Shown here in pieces: positions 54,110-64,000 of a stretch of DNA of 64,000 nucleotides. Made by a program: the position numbers and the translations under genes. The stretch is from Octopus vulgaris (Eukaryota). Below the pieces are notes generated by a model. The model was not told the DNA's origin, did not search any database, and saw only the letters and a program-made list of their open reading frames with translations. Numbering within the stretch: position 1 is the stretch's first letter; each line of letters begins with the position of its first letter. The stretch covers positions 57,412,001 through 57,476,000 of the forward strand of contig OX597825.1 in assembly GCA_951406725.2 (NCBI GenBank), in the 5' to 3' direction.

Positions 54110-54318
54110 CTGGCACCTGTGCCGGTGGCACACAAAAAGCACCCACTACACTCATGGAGTGGTTGGCGTTAGGAAAGGTATCCAGCTGTAGAAACACTGC
54201 CAGATCAGATTGGAACCTGGTGCAGCCTCCTAGCTTCCCAGACCCTGGTCGAACTGTCCAACCCGTGCTAGCACGGAAAACGGATGTTAAACGATGATGA
54301 TGATGATGATGATGATGA
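54110..54318 (+). mobile_element. RTE 3' UTR fragment
   Basis: Matches 14290-14480 and 52220-52400; (GAT)n tail. Confidence 0.85.
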
Positions 54319-56478
54319 TCTCTGGTGGAGATGTTTCAACTGCATCAAAAAGAAAATTAGGGTTAGGGTTACGGTTATGCTGGGACAATATCTAGAAGGG
54401 GTTTTAGTTGAATAAATCAACTCCACTATTCATTTTGTAAGTCTGGTACTATTCTATTGTTGCAGGGGATTATAAACAAACCAACACTGGTTGTGAAGCA
54501 GTGAGCAGGGTATAAACAGAGACAGTTACACACACATTTACATGTATATATATATATATTCAATTCCCAAGCGTTATACCAATACATCTGTTTGTTTTCT
54601 ACACCACCTATCTTCATCTTTTGCTTATTTTTTTCGTATAAATGATTATAGTGTTCAGACACTATAATCTGAGTTCAAAATATTATTTATGATGATCTGA
54701 GAAAGTGAATGAAGGCCATCATTAAAAGACTTCGGCTGTTAGAGAGGATTATTGAAACTGTGGTGCATGTGGACATTTGATACAAGTCATATTTACTGAA
54801 GAGGGGGCCAATTCATGCCTGCAAAGATGCAGAAAAAATATTTGATCTATGCTAAATAGTTACTTAACAAGGTTAAAAATCCTCATGAACATGGCAGGTT
54901 TTGGTTATTGTTAAGACCAAAATAAATACTTGATATTTCAAAGATGAAAAACAACAAAAAAGGAGAAAAAAAAATCATCAATGCAGCACCAAGTGCCTCA
55001 ATTGGTTGTACACCACAAGGTTCAATGGAACCTATTGAAGCAAACCAGCATGTTCACGGCATTACCATAGGTGATGGTGAGGCTAAGGTGTTGGAAAAGT
55101 CAAGCACTCTCATGGGCATCACCTGACACCTCAGTGAAGTGAGCTGCCAATGAAGATAAGAATCTCAACAGGGTAAATAATAGATGGTTGTGTGTAGGTC
55201 CTTCTGATATTTATTTTGGTATGGTTTCTATGTTTGGATGCCCTTCTTAATACCATCTCTTTTATAACATGTACTGGGTACTGCACTTGTGAAGTTGCCA
55301 TGCAGCTCGCAAGATGATGGAACCCCCAAGAGAGGCAATTTCATGCAAGGATACAGGGGGTTAAAGTATGACAGAAGAAGCCAGAGCATAACAGGTTTCA
55401 TGATGTAGAAGGGCAACAGGACTAGTCACATTTTAGAAGAGAGGGTGGATGGGTGGTAAGAGAAGAGGTGAAAATAGTGGTGATGAGATGTCAGTGTGGA
55501 CCCTCAAGATATATGAGATGAGTGGAAGTAAAAATAGCAGGGAAATGTTGGTGGCAGGCAGTTGCAAAAGTGCAAGGAGAAGTGAGAGATGGGGAATGAG
55601 AGATGAGGAGGCACACAATCATAAAATATAAAACTGAGGATGTACCAAAGTTAGTCAGGACAGAGATTCCTAGCATGATGTTTGTGAAACACATCTCAGT
55701 TGCAGAGATAATGATCAACTTGGAGTTAAATAACAACAGGAACAGGATAATTTAAGAATTAATTAAATATATTGAAGTTGAACTCTAAAATGATGTATAG
55801 CAAAAGGTCAGAACTGTCCTCTTGCTCTGCAGCACACAAACTCACCCAAATTTACAAATTTCAATAAATAATTTTTACAAATGCAAACCACACCTAGTTT
55901 CCTCAAAATCCGTTTTAAAGTTGTATCTAATTTATAACATTTGTATTAAATGTCTGATTTTAATACACAGCAACAAAGCTTAAATAAACAGTTATTTTTA
56001 TTTTGAAATAAATCATCCTTCCCATAGTTTTGTCAGAAAGAAAAATGGTTCTGTACATTGTTTATTTTACAGTATTATAAAGAACATTATAAAAAGCAAA
56101 AATTGCAGATTGTTTTTGGATAACAGTGTACATGTATTCACACATATGCATATGTGCTTGTACACACACACACACATACACACACATGCACATACACATG
56201 TACATAAGCAGATGTATAGAAATACCACTTATACACACTCATACATACCCACATATATACATGAATGCATACAAACATATATATATATATATTACTTGTT
56301 TTGGTCATTGGACTACAGCTATGGTGGGGCAATATCCAGAAGGGTTTTTTAGTTGAACAAATCAACCCCAGTACTTATTTTGTAAGTCTGATATTATTCT
56401 ATTGTTGCAGGGGATTATAAACAAACTAACACTGATTGCGAAGCAGTGGACAGAGTATAAACAGATAGACACACACAC

Positions 56479-56526
<48 letters not shown>

Positions 56527-56670
56527 TAGAGAAAAAACACTATTATGCAATTCAAACAATGATAGACATAAACCAAATCATAAATAAAAAATAAAATATA
56601 TTTTTTAAAAACATATAACTAGATCATAAAAATACAAAAATGAATAAACAATATATAACAAGTAAAAAAA

Positions 56671-56770
56671 AACTACGTACGTTTCATGGTTATAATTAAA
56701 TTCGAATTACAATTAAATTTAAATTCAATCGAAAATAATTCAATTTAAAATTATAGTCACTCTTCAGGTT
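56671..56770 (-). ncRNA. Type I hammerhead ribozyme motif
   Basis: Minus: aac-CTGAAGA-gtgactataatt...aattataaccat-GAAAC-gtac-GTA-gtt. Confidence 0.7.
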
Positions 56771-57323
56771 AACAATAATAACAATAATAGTTAAATAAAT
56801 AAGCAAATAGAATTAAACAATATTTATTAAAGAAATAAAATCATGATTTTTCTTATGGAAGAAACTCATTAACTAAATTTGAAACTCAAAATATTAGGAC
56901 CAGTCGCCTACAATACATTTATTATGTTAAATATTTAAGGTAAAAAAAATAGAGTAAATGGATAGAAAATGTATTTATCTGTGAAGATATAATTTAGCTT
57001 AATAAAAAACATTAATGAACTATAGAATATCTTTAACCTAGCTATACTGTAATATTTAATTACCAAACTATTTTACAAAACTATCACTCTTAATATTTTT
57101 AGATTTTAGTTCACATATAATAATTTTAAAATAATAAATATATATATAAAAGTACATATCTAAATTATAATCAACAAATATAGTAATTAAAAAATCCATA
57201 TTTTTCAATCAATAAACATATAAATAAATAAATATAGATATCTTTCGAAAATATTTATGAAATAAAAAATAAGAAATGAAAAATTCGAAAGTAAAAACGT
57301 ATAACTTATCGTTTATAAAATAC

Positions 57324-57387
<64 letters not shown>

Positions 57388-59087
57388 GTGTAATAGTACT
57401 AGAAATATAATAAAAAACTTTTAGTTAAACTAAAACATTTTACAATCTAAATCACAAAGTGACTAACTAATATCTTAAAATTTACGTTCAGATATAATAA
57501 TTATAAAATAATAATAATTAAATAAATATACGTATTTAAATTATCATTAACAAAAAAAGAATTAGAAATTCATATTTAACAATCAATACTTATATAGAGT
57601 ACATTAATAGTACATTAATATTTCTTAAATAAAAATGTCTACTTATCTCTCCAAAAGGTGTATTATGGACTAAAAAATTTCAAAACGGAAAACGTATTAC
57701 TTAGCGTTTATAAATTTACTTTCTGTGGAAGAGTGTAGGCTCGAAACGTTAAAGACTTTTTCACTTCCCGAGCGTTAAACTAATACATCTGCTTGTTGTC
57801 TACACCACCTATCTTCGTCCTTTGTTTTTTTGTGAGTTTTTTGTACTGAGTTAATATTTGTGAGTTTTTTGTACTGAGGTAATATAGAATGTGTCTAAAA
57901 GTTGTTTTGTTTAAATAAAGGTTTGGCTCCAACGTAACCATATTTATATATATGAAATAAATAAATTTGTATAAGATTATTAGAAAATATGCAGTAAATA
58001 GTAGTTATATAAATGATTTTAATTTATGGAGATTTGAGTATAATTTATCGTAGTCAATTCTAAATTTTAATTTTCTAGTGAAAGATATTATAGTGTATAG
58101 TGATTCTATTCTCTATTAGTGACCTTATTATCTTTATCTATTAAAGCTAAAATATATTCGTAGTTTTCATTGATAAAATGCATATTTCCATCTGTTTGTT
58201 CTATTTCTGTAAACAATGTAATTCCACGAGTTTTTATAAACGCTTAATAAGACGTTTTCCGTTTTGAAATTTTTTAGTTAATGAGATAAGTAAAATTTTT
58301 TATCTAAGAAATATTATTGTACTCTATATAACTATTGATTTTTAAATATGAATTTATAATTTTTTTTATTTGTTAATGATAATTTAGATATGTACATTTA
58401 TTTAATTATTAGTTTATAATTATTATATCTGAACGTAAATTTTAAGATATTAGTTAGTTACTTTGCGATCTAGATCGTAAAAATGTTTTTAATAATAGTA
58501 ATAATAAGTATTTTATAAAGATAGGTTATACGTTTTTAATTTGGAATTTTTCAATTCTTAACATGTATTTCATAAATGTTTTCTAAAGATATATATAATA
58601 TATATGTAAGTAATAATGGACTAATTTATTTATTGGTTATATGTTTATATGTTTATTGATAGAAAAAAATACGGATTTTTAATTACTATATTTGTTGATT
58701 ATAATTTAGATACTTATTTTTATGTATTTATTATTTTATAATTATTATATGCGAACTAAAATCTAAAAATATTAATAGTGATTGTTTTGTTAAATAGTTT
58801 GGTAATTAAATATTGGAGTATAACTAACTTAATGATATTCTATAGTTTATTACTCTTTTTAAGCTAAATTATGTCTTCACAGATAAATAAATTTTTCTAT
58901 CTATTAACTCTATTTTTTTTACCTTAAATATTTAACATAATAAATGTATTGTAGGAAACTGATCCTAATGTTTTAAGTTTCAAATTTAGTTAATGGAGTT
59001 TCTTCTATAAGAAAAATTATTATTTTATTTATTTCTTTAAAAAATATTGTTTAACTCTATTTGCTTATTTATTCAACTATTATTGTT

Positions 59088-59187
59088 AACCTGAAGATTG
59101 ACTATAATTTTAAATTGAATTCGTTTCAATTAAATTTAAATTTAATTGTAATTCGAATTTAATTATGGTCATGAAACGTACGTAGTT
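59088..59187 (+). ncRNA. Type I hammerhead ribozyme motif
   Basis: aac-CTGAAGA-ttgactataatt...aattatggtcat-GAAAC-gtac-GTA-gtt; predicted cleavage after 59184. Confidence 0.7.
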
Positions 59188-59335
59188 TTTTACTTATTAT
59201 ATATTGATTATTAATTTTTATACATTTTGTGATCTAGTTATATGTTTTATAAATATATATTTTATTCGTTATTTATGTTTTGTTTTATGTCTATCATTGT
59301 TTGAATTGCATAATAGTGGTTTTATCTCTAATTTA

Positions 59336-59374
<39 letters not shown>

Positions 59375-59378
<4 letters not shown>

Positions 59379-60539
59379 GTTGTGAAGAAAGTCCTTGCGG
59401 TTTTTAAACTTTAAATTCAGATGCAGGTATCTCAGCTCAAACAAAACTTTATTAATCGAAATAAACACCATCAGAATCAACACACTTTTGTCAACGCGAA
59501 ACAAGATTATTTATGCCAGTAGTATAAAAATCCTGCGTTCTGGTTGCAATGAAGTCGTTGAAGGCATGTTTGGCATCGTCTTGCTTTTTGAAGTATTTCT
59601 CACGCAGGAAGTTGTCGAGATGTTTGAAAAAGTGGTAGTCGATAGGCGAGAGGTCTGGTGAGTATGGTGGATGAGGCAGAATTTCGTAGCTCAATTCGTT
59701 TAACTTCTGCAGGGTCAGTTGTTCGACGTGCGGCTCAGCCTTGTCATGGAGAAGAATTGGTCCTTTTCTATTGACTGTTGTTGTCGGAGTTTCTTATGCA
59801 TTTCATTCATTTGCTGACAGTACTTCTCCGCCGTAATGGTTTCGCCTAGGCCACCAAACAGACACCATGACCTCCTTTTGGTGCAACTTTGGCTTCGGGA
59901 AGTGCCGTGGAGCTTCGTCGACGTCCAACTACTGAGCTGAGCATCACTGGTTGTCATGAAGAATCCACCTTTTATAAAAAGTCACGATCCGGTCGAGAAA
60001 CGGGACGTTCTTGACGCGAAAAAGAAGGGAAGATGACATTTCAAAACGGGGAGTTTTTTTTTTTGGTTGTCGTTCAATCTGTGGGGCACCCATTTCTCAA
60101 GTATTTTTGTTTTTCCAATCTCTTTCAAGTGGTTGGAAATTGTCGCATACGTTACGTCTAATTCAGAAGCAAGCTCTCGAACAGTTGTGTGTGGATTGGC
60201 TTCGATTAAAGCTCTTAGTTGATCGTTATCAACATCCGATGGCTGACCACTATACTTATTATTTTTAAGACTCGTGTCACCGTTACGAAATTTCTTGAAC
60301 CACCATTATGCTGTATGTTCATTAGTGGTTCCTAGGCCAAATGCGAGCTGTTTCAGCAGTTTTTCGACCTAGCTAAACTGGAATAAGAAAATTGTGCAAA
60401 TTTGCTTTTTGTTCGTGTTGAATTCAATGTTCCAGAAAAAAAAATAGCCTAATTATTCAAAAAGAAAAAGAATACCACGATTAGATAGAGCGAAAAATGG
60501 GCTTTAAAATGATATATAAGGTCAAAATAACTTAACGAG

Positions 60540-60540
<1 letters not shown>
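59375..60540 (-). mobile_element. mariner transposon, decayed
   Basis: ILPHPPYSPDLSPIDYHFF, TITAEKYC, WILHDN; TIR ta|ttaggttg at 59375. Confidence 0.9.
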
Positions 60541-60589
<49 letters not shown>

Positions 60590-60599
60590 TCATATATAT

Positions 60600-60959
60600 G
60601 AGTGAGATAATAGTTTCACTTTTAATAGTTTCAGTATTATATACTGAGTGAAACTATTATAACTGAAAGTATTTTCTCACATTACAATAGAGATGTTAAT
60701 GTTATTGTTTCACTTTTGACGCGTAATACTGAAATAGTGTAAGAGATAAGAGATTGCTCTGGGCTTGCATTAGGCAAGAAGTTGAACTTTTTTTGGCCCA
60801 TGACACTGCATAGACCCTAAGTAAGGCTTGTATAAAATTTGAATGAAACTGGCTGGGTAGTTCAAGAGTTTTAGTGATGCACGCATACATACATACACAC
60901 ATACATACATAAACACATACATACATACACACATACATTCTCAGTTTTATATATATAGA
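60600..60959 (-). mobile_element. Helitron 5' fragment (family of 16202-17259)
   Basis: Minus strand a|tctatatatataaaactgagaatg matches the start of the 16202 element. Confidence 0.75.
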
Positions 60960-61782
60960 TGTCATTAAGAACCCCCATGTCCTCACGCAAAAATTGTAAA
61001 CATTGTAGCTACATGTGTTACATACACTCTTCCCCTTACCTCCATCCTCTTATTAACAGTACCATGGCCACTGCCAGTACACACATAACAAAACATGACA
61101 TCTTGACCACACCCTTTACAAACACAGTGTCTCACCACCACCACCACCACCACAAGTACACATATTACATAACATACCTCCTCACCACACTCACTTCCCC
61201 ATTATCCACAGTAAAAAGGGTGTGGCCCTTATCTCTGCTATTGTATTAATGTGATTCCAGGTTAGAATTGTTGTGTTAAATGTATCAACCATCAAAACAA
61301 TGATTCTCACTAAATATTAATTAACGTTTGTTAGTTAATAGTGTCCCTGTCCTTAGTATAGTGTTGTTATTGTATTCCAATATCTTTCATTCAAACTAAA
61401 TATACTTCCTGCCACATATAAAATGCCCCGTTTAATTCAATTGTTATCAGTGTCTTATTTTCTATAACTTCTGTTTGTTGAATGTTACTTTCTTAAAGGG
61501 GTGGGGGTACTGCAAAAGGATTGTAGATAATGATGGTGGATCACTAGAGGATCTTATCATGTCACCAGTATTGTATTGTTTTCACAGATATAAACCAATT
61601 AATGCCCAGTCCAACTAGCTGTAAGTAGGTACCATAGTGTGGTATTTCTCACTGTACTATAATCATAATAGTCCTTTCTTCCCAAAATGTTGTCACCTCC
61701 TCTGGAATTAATTCCCTACCCTTGTCTTTCCTGCATGGGTTGACTTAACCCTTTAGTATTCAGATTATTATGTCAAATGTAA

Positions 61783-62110
61783 AGGACCCCTTTCAGTCAC
61801 AAATGACCATGGGATTGCACCCAGAAAGTTACCCTCTGAGACACAAGTCCAGACAAGGTTGTTTGTGGAAGAGCAGCAGTCACCCATGCATGCCAGTCTC
61901 CCCTCTCCATGCCACCAATGTTATCCAAGGGAGAGGCAAAGGCTGATACAGCTTGGCATCAGTGATATTGCATCTCATTTCTACAGTAGAGTGAACTGGA
62001 GCAATGTGAAATAAAGTGTCTTGCTCAAGAACACAATGCACAGCCCAGTCTGGGAATCAAACTCATTATCCTGTGATTGTGAGCCCAAAGCTCTAACCAT
62101 GAGCCATGTT
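61783..62110 (-). mobile_element. tRNA-derived SINE family C (partial copy at 52487-52640)
   Basis: Minus head tggctcatggttagagc...gagtttgattcc, then gtgttcttgagcaagacacttt core. Confidence 0.75.
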
Positions 62111-62534
62111 CTTTCATGTAGCTTTCAAATTGCAATGATGTGGTTGTTTAGGTTTAGAATGACAAATGTTGGTTAGGTGTGAGAGGCTGGATCTGGCCAG
62201 TTTAAACATAGAACAGGTAGAATATTTGGGATGAATATAGCTGGTTTAAATGCTAAAGGATCAAAAAGCTTCAAGAAAAATATTAATGGCACCTATCTTA
62301 CCAATCTAGAAGGGCCTGCAAAGGCCATAAGCACTTTCCCTTCTTATAGATATATTTTTGGTACCACATATATATAATTTTGGCCTATACCATAACTTTA
62401 GCTTCATTATTGCAGTTCTCATTGCTGGTTACCCAGGGTTTTATGAGTTAACCTCAGAGTGGTCCTAATGCAGCAGACTTCTGATCAAAAGCATTCAAAC
62501 TAGAACCAAACAGTCTCTTTAAAATTGTTGTTAA

Positions 62535-62850
62535 GGAGGTTCCATTGATTGTTTGGGTGGGTCCAGTTTATGAAATATAAGAAGCATCCATTTGTATTTT
62601 GGTCAGGGCCAGTATACAATATTTAAGGAGATTCCATTAGTCCTTATGGTGGGACCAATTTAAAACATTTAAAGAGATTCCATAAGTATTTTGGGTGGGG
62701 TCAGTATGCAATATTTCAGGAGATTCCACAGTCCTTTGGGCGGTGCCAGTTTACAATATTTAGAGAGGTTCCATTAGTCCTTTGGGTGGGGCAAGTTTAC
62801 AATATTTAGATAGGATCCATAAATGCTTTGGGTGGAACCATTTACAATGT
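62535..62850. repeat. ~40-45-bp minisatellite
   Basis: caatattta..gagattccattagtcctttgggtgg units, about 7 copies. Confidence 0.8.
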
Positions 62851-63310
62851 AAAATAATGTTTGCTTGTATTGTCTCTATTGTGTATAAAGTAATTTTGGA
62901 ATGCTGTGTAATTACAAACACACTTTCCAAAACTCTTGCAGTAGCAGACCACATAGATGTTGCGGTATTGAGTCTGTAAACATAACATCATTAGTTCTCA
63001 ACTGGTGGTGTGGTTGGTATGGCTGGCTGGAACCTCTCACTTGCAGACTTTGCTCCATAATATGACAGCAGAATGATAGTATGAAAGACAGAAAGATCTG
63101 TTTTTACTGTGTCACCTTAACAGCAGTTAATTGTCTGTGTTGACAACGAATTAACAGATGTTATTGTTAATGGTATAATCACAAGCAAGTTCAAAGACCT
63201 AATCTTCAGAAACACACCAGTGACGATGACAACAGTGAGTTGATAACAATGATGATGATAATGAGGATGCTGCTGATAATGACAATGTGATGACGATGAT
63301 TATGATATAG

Positions 63311-63474
63311 ATGTAGGAGTGGCTGTGTGGTAAGTAGCTTGCTTACGAACCACATGGTTCCAGGTTCAGTCCCACTGCGTGGCACCTTGGGCAAGTGTCT
63401 TCTACTATAGCCTCGGGCTGACCAAAGCCTTGTAAGTGGATTTGGCAGACGGAAACTGAAAGAAGCTCGTCGTA

Positions 63475-63524
<50 letters not shown>

Positions 63525-63717
63525 GTGTAGGAAGAAATGGAGCTGAACGAAGATTTAACAAAATTCCTTTTTATTATTTTCTACATATGTTTCGAAGGCT
63601 GCAAAGTCCCTAATTCGGATTGAATAAGGAGTCCATTTTGCAGCCTTCTCTTCAGGAGAAGGTATCGATTATCATTTGAATTATCCGTAATAAGATAATT
63701 CCTTTATCTACTTCAAT

Positions 63718-63784
<67 letters not shown>

Positions 63785-63995
63785 TGTGTGTCTGTGTTTG
63801 TCCCCGCCCCCAAAATTGCTTGACAACCGATGATGGTGTGTTTTTGTCCCCATAACTTAGTGGTTCGGTAAAAGTTACCGATAGAATAAGTACTAGGCTT
63901 ATGAAGAATAAGTCCTGGGGTCGATTTGCTCAACTAAAGGCGGTGCTCCAGCATAGCCACAGTCAAATGACTGAAACAAGTAAGGGAGTAAAAGA
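63311..63995 (+). mobile_element. SINE family A with an insertion in its (TA)n tract
   Basis: Head 63311-63475, tail 63780-63995, insert about 63521-63722. Confidence 0.9.
63577..63660 (-). ncRNA. Type I hammerhead ribozyme motif, intact core
   Basis: Minus: ttctc-CTGAAGA-gaaggctgcaaa...tttgcagccttc-GAAAC-atat-GTA-gaaaa; 12-bp perfect stem II closed by G-C. Confidence 0.8.
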
Positions 63996-64000
63996 GATAA

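Larger units (their letters stand above)
56521..59340. mobile_element. Large AT-rich inverted repeat (arms about 56521-57714 and 58231-59340), Penelope-like terminal repeats with hammerhead motifs
   Basis: Arms are reverse complements along their length and are flanked by (TA)n on both sides. Confidence 0.85.

Noticed and set aside
54944-55126. 60-aa ORF MKNNKKGEKK...
   Set aside because: Short, with no motif or splice support.
62535-62850. CRISPR-like periodic repeat (also 5400-5770 and 27278-27425)
   Set aside because: Degenerate head-to-tail units with no unique spacers and no cas genes in a eukaryotic context; these are minisatellites.

Overview
AT-rich, repeat-dense animal genomic DNA. 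The SINE families, (TA/CA/TACA)n microsatellites and LINE complement look like an octopod cephalopod (inference from recognition, not from a search). Most ORFs in the supplied track are microsatellite artefacts or decayed transposon frames. One host gene is supported: a divergent profilin-fold gene on the + strand, with two firm exons (41795-42006, 43478-43717), tentative upstream exons (25685, 27214, 28179) and a candidate promoter near 15.0 kb. The rest is Tx1/L1, R4/Dong-like, RTE and Penelope-like retroelements, 3 solo LTRs, Helitrons, Tc1, mariner, hAT/piggyBac/pogo-type MITEs and about 30 tRNA-derived SINEs. Most notable: (i) at least 8 type I hammerhead-ribozyme motifs, including pairs carried back-to-back in two palindromic non-coding elements; (ii) two TSD-flanked chimeric retro-insertions in which a SINE is joined to a foreign 5' segment (5S rRNA in one, a copy of nearby intronic sequence in the other); (iii) an RTE LINE with a twin-priming 5' inversion; (iv) tandem duplication of the profilin-like gene's stop-codon region. 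Repeat boundaries are approximate unless TSDs are quoted.
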